This document shows, one piece after another, positions 47,408 through 56,370 of a stretch of DNA of 64,000 nt (positions are counted from its first letter, which is position 1; the number at the start of each line of letters is the position of its first letter). Source of the DNA: Actinomycetota bacterium (lineage in GTDB: Bacteria > Actinomycetota > UBA4738 > HRBIN12); NCBI GenBank assembly GCA_040880745.1, contig JBBDHX010000030.1, positions 7,494 to 71,493 of the forward strand. Direction: 5' to 3'. Made by a program: the position numbers and the translations under genes. The notes below the pieces were generated by a model. The model was not told the origin of the DNA. It worked only from the letters and a program-made list of their open reading frames with translations, and searched no databases.

Positions 47408-48346
47408 TCAGACGATCCGAACCTGCGCCTGCTCGGCCAGAGCCATGGCGCGCGCGGGATCCAGCCGCCCGGCGCCCGGCAGCTCCGCGTTCGCCGTAGC
47501 GGCGCCGAGCGCGAGTGCGAGCGCTTCGGGCCAGTCCGCGCCGGCGTCGAGCCGGGTGATGAGCCCCGCGAGGAAGGCGTCGCCGCTTCCCACCGGGTAT
47601 CGGCCGCGCACGTAGAGCATGCCCTCGAACAACGTGCCGTCCGGCGCTGCGAGCACGACCCCCTCGGCGCCGCGCGTGATCAGCCCGGCATGACCGTCGC
47701 CACCGGCGAGGTCGCGGAGCTTCTGCGCGGCAGCGAGCGCCTCCTCGCGGCGCGCGGTGGGCACGCCCAGCAGTTCGCGGGCCTCGGCCTGGTTCACCTT
47801 GACCACGTCCGGATGCGCTTCGAGGGCCAGCATGAGCCGCTCGCCCTCGGCGTCGACCGCCACGCGGAGTCCCGCCTGACGGCCCTCGGCCACCAGGTCG
47901 CGGTAGCCGTCGTCGGGGGCGCCGCGTGGCATCGAGCCGCTGATCGTGAGCCAGCGGGAAGCCTCGAACAGCGAGGCGACCGTGTGCATCAACTCGGTCC
48001 ACGACGCCGCCGGCATCACGGCACCGTGTTCGTAGAACTCGGTGAGACTGCCGGTCTCGCGGTCGGCGACCGAAAGCGACGAACGGCTCTCCCCGTGCGT
48101 CCACACATGCACGCCCGGGACGCCCTCGGCCTCCAACTGATCGGCGAGCCAGCGGCCGGCGTGCCCGCGCAAGAGCGCGACGGCGGTGACGTCGGCTCCC
48201 AGGGCGTGTGCCGAACGCGCGACGTTGAGGCCCTTGCCCCCCGCTGCCTGCACGAACCCCTGCGGGCGGTGGATATCGCCCTTCACGAGACGGTCGATCT
48301 CGAACAACTTGTCGATCGACGGATTGGCCGCGAGGCAGACGATCAT
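47408..48346 (-). CDS. PfkB family carbohydrate kinase (1-phosphofructokinase/tagatose-6-phosphate kinase-like)
   Basis: Begins MIVCLAANPSIDKL. Motifs GGKGLN and GSGDAFLAG. Confidence 0.8.
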   Translation of the reverse strand: MIVCLAANPSIDKLFEIDRLVKGDIHRPQGFVQAAGGKGLNVARSAHALGADVTAVALLRGHAGRWLADQLEAEGVPGVHVWTHGESRSSLSVADRETGSLTEFYEHGAVMPAASWTELMHTVASLFEASRWLTISGSMPRGAPDDGYRDLVAEGRQAGLRVAVDAEGERLMLALEAHPDVVKVNQAEARELLGVPTARREEALAAAQKLRDLAGGDGHAGLITRGAEGVVLAAPDGTLFEGMLYVRGRYPVGSGDAFLAGLITRLDAGADWPEALALALGAATANAELPGAGRLDPARAMALAEQAQVRIV

Positions 48347-48364
48347 GGGACCTACGATAGCCGC

Positions 48365-48877
48365 ATGGCTCTGCGCATCGACGTCGTTTGCGGCGACATC
48401 ACCCATCAGGCGATGGATGCCGTCGTGAACGCTGCGAACAGCTCCCTGCTGGGCGGCGGTGGCGTCGACGGTGCCATCCATCGCGCCGGCGGCCCGTCGA
48501 TCCTCGAGGCCTGCCGCGCGTTGCGACGGGCGAAGCATCCGGACGGCCTGCCGGCCGGCGAGGCCGTGTGGACCACCGCCGGCGATCTTCCCGCGCGATG
48601 GGTGATCCACACGGTCGGTCCGGTGTACACGGGGTCGAAGGAGGATCCGCGCTTGCTCGCGGCATGCCACACGAACGCGCTCCGTGTGGCCGACGAACTC
48701 GGCGCGCTCACGGTCGCGTTCCCTGCCGTCTCGACGGGCGCCTATGGCTATCCGATGCGCGAGGCCGCGCGCGTGGCGCTCGACGCGGTCCTCGGCGCCG
48801 AGACCCGGGTGGAGGTGGTCCGCTTCGTGCTCTTCGGGCAGGACGCGTTCGCGGCGTTCCAGGAGGCTCGGGCGTAG
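48365..48877 (+). CDS. macro domain protein (O-acetyl-ADP-ribose deacetylase, MacroD/YmdB-like)
   Basis: Begins MALRIDVVCGDITHQAMDAVVNAANSSLLGGGGVDGAIHRAGG. Also contains VSTGAYGYP. Confidence 0.85.
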   Translation: MALRIDVVCGDITHQAMDAVVNAANSSLLGGGGVDGAIHRAGGPSILEACRALRRAKHPDGLPAGEAVWTTAGDLPARWVIHTVGPVYTGSKEDPRLLAACHTNALRVADELGALTVAFPAVSTGAYGYPMREAARVALDAVLGAETRVEVVRFVLFGQDAFAAFQEARA

Positions 48878-48916
48878 ACGGTCGATCCCGACCCCGCTGC
48901 TAGGATTCACGACCTG

Positions 48917-49252
48917 ATGAGCGAGGACCTCGAAACCGTCGCGGGCGTCCACGGCAGGCTGGACGACATCACACTCGTCGACTGTCGCGAACTCTACGAA
49001 TGGGTCGCGGGGCGCATCGAGGGGGCCGTGCACCTCCCGGTGAACGCGATCATGGCCGGCGCGGGCTCGGACCTGCCGAAAGACAGGCCGGTCGCCGTGA
49101 TCTGCCGCACCGGCAACCGCAGCGAGCTCGCCACCATGATGCTGCGGGCCCGCGGCTACGACGCGCACAACGTGGCCGGCGGCATGGAAGCCTGGGCCAG
49201 CGCCGGGTACAGCTTCAGCGCCGAGGACGGCACCGAAGGCCGCGTGGCATAG
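48917..49252 (+). CDS. rhodanese-like domain protein
   Basis: Active-site CRTGNRS loop. Confidence 0.85.
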   Translation: MSEDLETVAGVHGRLDDITLVDCRELYEWVAGRIEGAVHLPVNAIMAGAGSDLPKDRPVAVICRTGNRSELATMMLRARGYDAHNVAGGMEAWASAGYSFSAEDGTEGRVA

Positions 49253-49255
49253 CGT

Positions 49256-49645
49256 TCAGACCCTGACGACCTCGAGCCCCGGCAAGCCATCGAAGTCCGC
49301 GTCCTGTGTGTACAGCGGCAAGCCGTTGACGACGGCTGTCGCGGCGATGACCGCATCGGCCGTGTTGAGGCGCTCGCGGCCGCGGCGTCGTGACAGCCTC
49401 TGGAGCTCGGCGCACCGCCGAGCCACGATCTCGTCGAACACGAGCGCGTCGAAGGCGTTCTCCACCCACGAGAGGGTGCGAAGCCGCCGAGCACGGATAC
49501 GCTCCCCGGGCGCCATGAGCACACCGAGATGCAACTCCGCCAGGGTCATCGCCGAGATAGCGCCGTCGTCCGGGAAGGAAGCGAGGGGCCGACCGGACTC
49601 GAGCGCGACGAAGATCGATGTATCGAGGAGAGCCGCTACGCCCAC
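49256..49645 (-). CDS. vapC: PIN-domain toxin VapC
   Basis: LDTSIFV... Conserved acidic residues across the PIN fold; overlaps the upstream antitoxin gene. Confidence 0.8.
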   Translation of the reverse strand: MGVAALLDTSIFVALESGRPLASFPDDGAISAMTLAELHLGVLMAPGERIRARRLRTLSWVENAFDALVFDEIVARRCAELQRLSRRRGRERLNTADAVIAATAVVNGLPLYTQDADFDGLPGLEVVRV

Positions 49646-49896
49646 GGGTCCTCCATCACGTCGTCGGGATCGCGAACGTCAGCCATGAAGCCCGGATCCA
49701 GGGGTGCCTCGCGGATGATCCGCTCGATGATGGGCCATGGGACGAAGGTGCGGCGCTCGCGGATGGGCACGAGGTCGGCCATCGGCCTTCCATCGACCGT
49801 GACGCGATAGGTCACCCCTGCCTCCACCTCCTTGAGGATCCGACTCACGTCGTTGCGGAGCTCCCGGAGGGGGATCGTACGCATCGGCTCTGACAT
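49636..49896 (-). CDS. vapB: Phd/YefM-type antitoxin VapB
   Basis: Begins MSEPMRTIPLRELRNDVSRILKEVEAGVTYRVTVDGRPMADLVP. Located at the C-terminal end of the chimeric ORF 49636..51531. Confidence 0.65.
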   Translation of the reverse strand: MSEPMRTIPLRELRNDVSRILKEVEAGVTYRVTVDGRPMADLVPIRERRTFVPWPIIERIIREAPLDPGFMADVRDPDDVMEDPWA

Positions 49897-49945
49897 GCGA
49901 CGACCGTAGCACTGCGTAGCACATGGGGCAAGTCCGGCCGGTCCG

Positions 49946-50377
49946 TCAGGCGCGCCAGCGACGGTAGACGGGCCGGTCACCCTCGTAGGTCGTCGACACC
50001 GCTTCTTCCACGGAGCACGCGTAGAAGACCTGCCCGCTCGGCCGGTACGGGGTCTGCACCACAGCCGGGTGGTCCGGGCCGACCTGCTCCATCCAGCCTC
50101 GCACCATGAACTCCCCCGCATCTCCCTCGTGATCCTCCGCGGCCTGCGCCGTGTGCATCGCGTAGCGCCCGTCGCGCGCGAACTCGGCGGCCTTCGGGCT
50201 GTGGGCCCGGATCCCGAACACGAGCAGGCCCGTGGCGATCCACGGCGAGACCGGATGCACGCGGGGCGAACCGTCCAGCCGCAGCGTGGCGTGATACACG
50301 ATCCTGCCGTCGATGCGCTCGCGGCCGAAGGCCCCGAGCGCCGGATCGGCGTTAGCCAACTCCGCCCATGTCGCCAT
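49946..50377 (-). CDS. pyridoxamine 5'-phosphate oxidase family protein (split-barrel, possibly F420-dependent)
   Basis: 143-aa PPOX-like split-barrel sequence. Confidence 0.65.
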   Translation of the reverse strand: MATWAELANADPALGAFGRERIDGRIVYHATLRLDGSPRVHPVSPWIATGLLVFGIRAHSPKAAEFARDGRYAMHTAQAAEDHEGDAGEFMVRGWMEQVGPDHPAVVQTPYRPSGQVFYACSVEEAVSTTYEGDRPVYRRWRA

Positions 50378-50397
50378 CGCGCGCGTAGCCTACGGCG

Positions 50398-51849
50398 GTG
50401 GCCGACCTCGATGCCGTGCACCGCGATCTGGAGCGAGCACTTGGCCCCGGGGCCGTCACGGCCGACCCGCTCACCCGCAAGCTCTACGCACGCGACGCCT
50501 CGCTGATCGAAGGCGATGCCGGCCTCGTCGTGTTCCCCGCCGATGCGGATCAGGTGATGGCGGCGATGAAGATCGCGGCCACGCACGGCGTGGCGGTCGT
50601 CCCCCGCGGGAGCGGCACCGGTCTGACGGGCGCCTCGACACCGCTGAACGACGCCATGGTCCTCGTCACGTCGAAGATGACGCGGATCCTGGAGATCCGT
50701 CCCGAGGATCGCCTCGCGTGGGTCGAGCCGGGCGTCTTCAACCTCGATCTCTCCGAGGCGCTCCGCCCCACCGGCTTCCACTACGCGCCCGACCCCTCCT
50801 CCCAGCAGGTGTCGACGATCGGCGGCAACGTGAACACGAACGCGGGCGGGCCGCACTGTCTGGCCTACGGCGTGACGAGCGCGCACGTGCTGGCGCTCGA
50901 CGTGGTGCTCGCCGACGGCTCGCTCGTGCGCCTCGGATCCGAAGGGCCGGCCGCTTCCGGCTACGACCTGCGCGGCTTCGTGGTGGGCAGCGAGGGCACA
51001 CTCGGCGTCGTGGTCGCGGCGTGCGTCCGGCTGACGCCGAACCCGCCGGCCGTCCGCACGATGCTGTTGGACTTCGCCGACGTCGAAGCGTGCGCGCGGA
51101 CCGTCTCGGCGATCGTCGCAGCGGGCGTCGTGCCGGCGGCCTTGGAGATGATGGACCGAGGGATCGTGCGCGCCGTCGAGGCGTTCGCACACGCCGGCTA
51201 TCCGGTGGACGCCGCCGCGGTGCTGCTCGTCGAGCTCGACGGGGGCGACGCGGCCGTGGACGCGCAGACAGCGGGGGTGCAGGCGGCCGCCCGTGCGAAC
51301 GACGTCGGCACCGTGCGCATCGCCGCCGATGACGCCGAGCGCGCGCTGCTGTGGAAGGGCCGCAAGTCCGCGTTCGGCGCCATCGCCCGGATCGCGCCCC
51401 ACTACCACCTGCACGACTGCGTGGTGCCGCGCACGAAGCTCGCGCCGATCCTCACCGGCATCTACGCCATCGCGAAACGCCACGGTCTGATCGTCACGAA
51501 CGTCTTCCACGCCGGGGACGGGAACCTGCACCCGCTCTTCTCGTTCGACCGCGCGGTCCCCGGGACGCTGGAGCGAGCATTGGCGGCCGCCGACGAGCTG
51601 GTGCGGCTGTGCGTCGACGCCGGAGGATCACTCTCCGGGGAGCACGGCATCGGTCTGGAGAAGCGGGATTTCATGCCCCTGGTCTTCAGCGAGGACAGCC
51701 TCGATGTGCAGGCGTGCCTGCGCGAGGCGTTCGACCCGAACGGACGGATGAACCCGTCGAAGGTGCTGCCCGACGGGGCGCGCTGCGGCGAGTTCGCGGC
51801 CGCGACCATCGGGCGCGAGGGAGCGCTGCCGGAGGGCACGTGGATCTGA
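50398..51849 (+). CDS. glcD: FAD-linked oxidase, glycolate oxidase subunit GlcD-like
   Basis: FAD-binding PCMH domain (VVPRGSGTGLTG) plus C-terminal FAD-oxidase domain. Confidence 0.9.
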   Translation: MADLDAVHRDLERALGPGAVTADPLTRKLYARDASLIEGDAGLVVFPADADQVMAAMKIAATHGVAVVPRGSGTGLTGASTPLNDAMVLVTSKMTRILEIRPEDRLAWVEPGVFNLDLSEALRPTGFHYAPDPSSQQVSTIGGNVNTNAGGPHCLAYGVTSAHVLALDVVLADGSLVRLGSEGPAASGYDLRGFVVGSEGTLGVVVAACVRLTPNPPAVRTMLLDFADVEACARTVSAIVAAGVVPAALEMMDRGIVRAVEAFAHAGYPVDAAAVLLVELDGGDAAVDAQTAGVQAAARANDVGTVRIAADDAERALLWKGRKSAFGAIARIAPHYHLHDCVVPRTKLAPILTGIYAIAKRHGLIVTNVFHAGDGNLHPLFSFDRAVPGTLERALAAADELVRLCVDAGGSLSGEHGIGLEKRDFMPLVFSEDSLDVQACLREAFDPNGRMNPSKVLPDGARCGEFAAATIGREGALPEGTWI

Positions 51850-52922
51850 TCCATCCGCACGCGGCGCACGACGTCCAGGAGGCGATACGCGACTGCGCCG
51901 CCGCGGGACGACGCCTGCTCGTGGTCGGTGGGCGCCAGCACCTGGACAAAGGCGACCAGACCGAGGTCGACGCCGAGCTGTGGACGACGCTCCTGGACGA
52001 CGTGGTCACGTACGACCCGGCCGAGATGCTCATCGTGGTGGAGGCCGGGATGCGCGTCGGCGAGCTGCGCCGGGCGCTGGCGCGCCGCGACCAGGAGTGG
52101 CCCATCGATGCACCCGATGACACGACCGTCGGAGGCATCATCGCGGCCGGCATCGAGCCAATCCGCCGGCTGCGGGTCGGCCTGATGCGTGACACCGTCG
52201 TCGAGATGGAGGCGGTGCTCGGTGACGGCCGGCGCATCACGAGCGGCGCCCGCGTCGTGAAGAACGTGAGCGGCTTCGACGTGCACCGGTTGCTGACCGG
52301 TTCGCTCGGGACCCTCGGCGTGATCACGCAGGTGGCCCTCAAGGTCCGGCCGATCCCGAAAGCGGCGGTGACGCTCGTCACGAGCGAAGGCGGGTTGGCG
52401 CTCGGAGGGCGGTTGCTCGACGCGCTGTGGCAACCGGCGGCCGTGCTCGCGGAACCGGGACGGGTGATCGTCCGCCTCGAGGGCTGGCCGGCCGAAGTGG
52501 CCGAGCAGTCGGCCACCGTCCGCGCGCTGGCGACCTGCGAGGAGGCGGACGACGGCGCGTTCACGGAGCCGCCGTTCGCTGCGTCGCCGATCCTGGCAGA
52601 GGTCGGTGTCGTCCCCTCGCGCCTGAGCGAGGTCCTGGACGGCTCGACCGCCTACCGCGCGCTGCTCGGCGTCGGGACGGCGTGGGTGCCGTGCACCGAC
52701 CAGGGCGAACTCGCGTCACTCCGGAGAACCGTCGTCAAGGCTGGAGGCATCGCACCGGTGATCCGAGGTCCTGGCGGCTTGGGCGACGCAGATCTCCCTG
52801 CCGTCGAGATCGACGCGAGGATCAAGGCCGCGTGTGATCCTTCGTCGATCCTCACACCCGGCCGCGGGTGGGGTGGATCCATGACGATCATCCGGGGGCG
52901 GCCTCCGGGATCTGATCGATAA
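51840..52922 (+). CDS. glcE: glycolate oxidase FAD-binding subunit GlcE-like
   Basis: FAD-binding PCMH domain. GTG start overlaps the glcD stop. Confidence 0.75.
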   Translation: MDLIHPHAAHDVQEAIRDCAAAGRRLLVVGGRQHLDKGDQTEVDAELWTTLLDDVVTYDPAEMLIVVEAGMRVGELRRALARRDQEWPIDAPDDTTVGGIIAAGIEPIRRLRVGLMRDTVVEMEAVLGDGRRITSGARVVKNVSGFDVHRLLTGSLGTLGVITQVALKVRPIPKAAVTLVTSEGGLALGGRLLDALWQPAAVLAEPGRVIVRLEGWPAEVAEQSATVRALATCEEADDGAFTEPPFAASPILAEVGVVPSRLSEVLDGSTAYRALLGVGTAWVPCTDQGELASLRRTVVKAGGIAPVIRGPGGLGDADLPAVEIDARIKAACDPSSILTPGRGWGGSMTIIRGRPPGSDR

Positions 52923-52947
52923 GCCCATCCGAGCCAACCAGCGTCGC

Positions 52948-54081
52948 TCAGGTACGTGAAAGCCGCTCCCCTGCCGCCTCCAGGGTCTCCAGCCGCTTGC
53001 AGAAGGCGAACCGCAGCAGGTGCTTGCCCAGGTCGGCGTTCGAGAAGAACGACGAGCCGGGAACCGCGGCGACGCCCATCTCCCGGACCAGGTGCATCGC
53101 CGCCGCCGTGTCGTCGGCGAACCCGAGCGATGAGACATCGGCCATCACGTAGTACGCACCCTCGGGTGCCACGGCCGCGAACCCGGCGGCTTCGAGGATC
53201 TGCATCATCAGCGCGCGCCTGGCCTCGTAGTCCGCGCGCATCGAAGCGAAGTAGTCCTCGCCGAGTCCCAGCGCGGTCACGCCGGCGTGCTGCAACGGGG
53301 TCGCAGCCCCGACCGTCATGAAGTCGTGCGTCGCGCGGATGCCCTTCATCAACGCGGGCGCCGCTATCGCCCAGCCGACACGCCAGCCCGTGACGCTGTA
53401 TGTCTTCGAGAGCGCGCTGACCGTCACCGTTCGCTCGCGCATCCCGGGGAGCGTGGCGATCGGGACGTGCTCGCGGCCCTCGTAGGTGATGTGCTCGTAG
53501 ATCTCATCCGTGATCGCGATGACGTCGTGCTCGACGCAAAGCTCCGCGATCAACCCCAGCTCTTCGCGCGTGAAGACCTTGCCGGTGGGGTTGTGGGGCG
53601 AGTTCACGACGATCGCTCGGGTCGCCGGGCCGAAGGCCGCGCGGAGCGCGTCGGGATCGAACGACCAGGCGGGCGGGCGGAGCGTGACGAAGCGACGGGT
53701 CGCCCCGGCAAGGATCGAGTCGGGCCCGTACGCCTCGTAGAAGGGTTCGAAGAGGATCACCTCGTCGCCGGGGTCGAGCAAGCCGAGGAACGATGCCATC
53801 ACGGCTTCGGTGGAGCCGCACGTGACGCAGATCTCGGTCGCGGGATCGATGTCCATCGCGTAGGCACGCCGGTATTCGGCGGCGATGGCATCTCGGAACG
53901 CCGGCACGCCCCACGTGATCGGATATTGGTTGTGATCCTCTGCGATCGCACGCGCGGCGGCGTCCTTCAGTTCCTGTGGCGCCGGGAAGTCGGGGAAGCC
54001 CTGGCCAAGGTTCACGGCGCCATGGAGGTTGGACAACCGGGTCATCTCACGGATGACCGATTCCGTGAACGATGACGCCTT
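52948..54081 (-). CDS. pyridoxal phosphate-dependent aminotransferase, class I (kynurenine/aspartate aminotransferase-like)
   Basis: NLGQGFPDFPAP, NQYPITWG and SALSKTYSVTGWRVGW (PLP lysine). Start at MPGLRSS inside ORF 52948..54309. Confidence 0.9.
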   Translation of the reverse strand, partial: KASSFTESVIREMTRLSNLHGAVNLGQGFPDFPAPQELKDAAARAIAEDHNQYPITWGVPAFRDAIAAEYRRAYAMDIDPATEICVTCGSTEAVMASFLGLLDPGDEVILFEPFYEAYGPDSILAGATRRFVTLRPPAWSFDPDALRAAFGPATRAIVVNSPHNPTGKVFTREELGLIAELCVEHDVIAITDEIYEHITYEGREHVPIATLPGMRERTVTVSALSKTYSVTGWRVGWAIAAPALMKGIRATHDFMTVGAATPLQHAGVTALGLGEDYFASMRADYEARRALMMQILEAAGFAAVAPEGAYYVMADVSSLGFADDTAAAMHLVREMGVAAVPGSSFFSNADLGKHLLRFAFCKRLETLEAAGERLSRT

Positions 54082-54103
54082 CGAAGATGATCGGAGCCCC
54101 GGC

Positions 54104-54682
54104 ATGTCGGCTGATGATAGTTCCGCGCGCAGGAAGGGCCTCGGTGGAGAATGGGCCGTGCGCCCGAACTGCAAGATCATCGCCTCGCTGGTGCTTGCCA
54201 CCGCTTCAGGCTTGGTCTTCACTGCTCCGGCGTCGGCGGCGCTGTGCGCGAGGTGGGATCCCCCACCGCAGGCCGACGAAGGGACACAGGTACTCGTCTC
54301 GTTCCGCACCTTCGTCCCGGTATCGACGACTGGAGACGACTACACCCTCGAACCCCATGCGTTCCCTGACTATCCGTTCAGGGTCCAGGCCGTCGCGCCA
54401 AACGGAACGATCTCGGTGATCAGGATGTACGCGCGTTCAGATGACGAGCGGGTGTGGACGGGTAGCTTCACACCCAGCCAGGAGGGAGCTTGGACTCTGA
54501 CGATCGCCAACCTCCAGGGCGGGGACGCAGCCTGCTCCATCGACGCGACGCTCTCCGTTGAGAAAGGATCCGGTATCAACGCGGCAAGCTACGTCCTCAT
54601 CGCACTGGGTGTCATCGTCGTGGGCCTTGCCGGATTCGAGTTGGTCAGAAGACGCCGCTCACATGCTGAGTCGCCGACCTAG
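54104..54682 (+). CDS. secreted hypothetical protein with C-terminal TM anchor followed by an RRRR tail
   Basis: Signal-like segment KIIASLVLATASGLVFTAPASAA. C-terminus is YVLIALGVIVVGLAGFELVRRRRSHAESPT. Start uncertain. Lower local GC. Confidence 0.5.
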   Translation: MSADDSSARRKGLGGEWAVRPNCKIIASLVLATASGLVFTAPASAALCARWDPPPQADEGTQVLVSFRTFVPVSTTGDDYTLEPHAFPDYPFRVQAVAPNGTISVIRMYARSDDERVWTGSFTPSQEGAWTLTIANLQGGDAACSIDATLSVEKGSGINAASYVLIALGVIVVGLAGFELVRRRRSHAESPT

Positions 54683-54748
54683 CGCGACGGAAACGAACCG
54701 AGTTCTCGTACAAGGAGGCCAGATACGAGGCGTGGCTGTGTGGTCCCC

Positions 54749-55411
54749 TTATGCGTGCACCGAGCGCGGAGGGCGCCGTCTCCTGGTCAGAATCGTTACG
54801 AACGTGACGGCCACCAGCGCCCCCGCGATCCACAGCGGGATAGTCAGGGAACCTCCTGGCACGGTGTTGATCGGGTCCCCCCTTACGTCGCTCCCGACCG
54901 CTGGCGACTGCGCTCCCGACAGGGGTGTCGCCGGGAGCCCCAACCCGATCAGCGTCTCTCTGAAGCCGACATTTCCGGCGAACCATGCGCCCTTTGTCTC
55001 GGCGTTGCCCCAGTACTCCTGGTTCGGAGGCATGTACGTGATCGGCCGGGGCTCAGCGTACGGGAAGACGTACTGGACGATGTCGCTCGAAGGGCGGTCC
55101 GCCGACGCTATCGTGTATGTGATGGTGTATCGGGGACCAAGACTCCCGGCCGGTCGGTGAGCCAGACGACCGTGCGCGTCAGTGCCGCCCCAGATGCCCA
55201 CAAAGAACCCGGACTGCGTCACCACGTTGGCAAGATCCGGCCCGATCGTCGACGAGCCCGGCTCCCTCAGTGTGATCGGATGTGCCAGTCCGGGTCCGGT
55301 AATGACTCCTTGCCAAGGTCCCTTCGCGAACGCCGAAGGCGCCGCGAAGATCGCCGCGATGAACGCGGCCATCGCAACCAACGCCACGATAAGTCCACGA
55401 CGATGCTTCAC
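54749..55411 (-). CDS. secreted hypothetical protein with C-terminal TM anchor followed by an RRRR tail
   Basis: Signal peptide MKHRRGLIVALVAMAAFIAAIFAAPSAFA. C-terminus is LTIPLWIAGALVAVTFVTILTRRRRPPRSVHA. Confidence 0.55.
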   Translation of the reverse strand: MKHRRGLIVALVAMAAFIAAIFAAPSAFAKGPWQGVITGPGLAHPITLREPGSSTIGPDLANVVTQSGFFVGIWGGTDAHGRLAHRPAGSLGPRYTITYTIASADRPSSDIVQYVFPYAEPRPITYMPPNQEYWGNAETKGAWFAGNVGFRETLIGLGLPATPLSGAQSPAVGSDVRGDPINTVPGGSLTIPLWIAGALVAVTFVTILTRRRRPPRSVHA

Positions 55412-55459
55412 AGGGCTGGTCTACCACTGGCAGCGACGTAGTGCCACCCTCAAAGGCTA

Positions 55460-55865
55460 GAGGGTGGAACTGAAGTCCCTTGTGCTCGTAGAAGGGCTCG
55501 AACAGGATCACCTCGTCCCCGGGGTCGAGCAAGCCCAGGAACGACGCCAGCACGGCTTCGGTGGAGCCGCACGTGACGCAGATCTCCGTGGAGGGATCGA
55601 TGTCCATCGCGTAGGCACGCCGGTATTCGGCGGCGATGGCATCCCGGAACGCCGGCACGCCCCACGTGATCGGGTACTGGTTGTGATCCTCGTCGATGGC
55701 TCGCGCAGCCGCGTCCTTCAGCTCGTGCGGCGCGGGGAAATCGGGGAACCCCTGGCCGAGGTTGATCGCGTCGTGATCCTGGGCGACCCGGGTCATCTCG
55801 CGGATCACCGACTCCGCGAACGACGATGCCTTCGTAGACGCGTGCGATCTGGACAGAGGGGTCAC
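55460..55865 (-). pseudogene. 5-prime fragment (about 130 codons) of an aminotransferase paralog; duplicate of 53690-54081 at about 88 percent nucleotide identity
   Basis: MTPLSRSHASTKASSFAESVIREMTR...DPGDEVILFEPFYE aligns with residues 1-128 of the full-length gene. It then runs into unrelated sequence, which is ORF 55179..55865. Confidence 0.7.
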
Positions 55866-56058
55866 ATGCCGGCACCTACTCGGGCTCCAGGAAGGCCAGG
55901 TTCACGGTCAGGGCCTCGACGTCGAGGGTCCAGATAACCCCCACGCTCGTCCCGGTGATGGTTGCCGAGAAGACACCAGCATCTCGAGCCAGATCAAGAC
56001 CCGGATCTCTTCGATGAGTGGCCGATGGCTGTTGAGGTAAGGGAGGAGATTCGCAGCC

Positions 56059-56256
56059 TCAGCCTCGAGGCCGAGCTCCCAGCGAGAGCCGGGCATCGAT
56101 GAGCTTCCGGATATCGTCGGCGTTCATGCCGGGGGTCGATCTGCCCTCGCGCGCTCTCCGGAGAGCAGCCTCGATGCTCCTCTGGACCTCCGGATCAACA
56201 CGGATCTTCCTGGATACCAGCGGCTCGGGCTCGATCGGCTGGGCTCGTTCGGTCAT
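56059..56256 (-). CDS. putative ribbon-helix-helix (CopG/Arc-like) small DNA-binding protein, orphan
   Basis: MTERAQPIEPEPLVSRKIRVDPEVQRSIEAALRRAREGR: a beta-strand followed by two helices. No convincing toxin partner nearby. Confidence 0.4.
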   Translation of the reverse strand: MTERAQPIEPEPLVSRKIRVDPEVQRSIEAALRRAREGRSTPGMNADDIRKLIDARLSLGARPRG

Positions 56257-56370
56257 CGAACACCTCGCTCTCGACGGGGGCAACATCGCAGTGAGTCATC
56301 ACGGAGTCAACCACGTGGCACTGACATCGCTCCGGCGGTTCCCCCCTCACCGGCCGTAGGATCGGAGGCC

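Noticed and set aside
47690-48877. 395-aa plus-strand ORF
   Set aside because: Only the last 170 aa, from MALRIDVV, are the macro-domain protein. The upstream part is antisense to the PfkB kinase gene.
55908-56096. 62-aa ORF overlapping the RHH gene as a possible toxin partner
   Set aside because: No resemblance to ParE, RelE or VapC families; it overlaps the RHH ORF out of frame by 37 nt and lacks an RBS.
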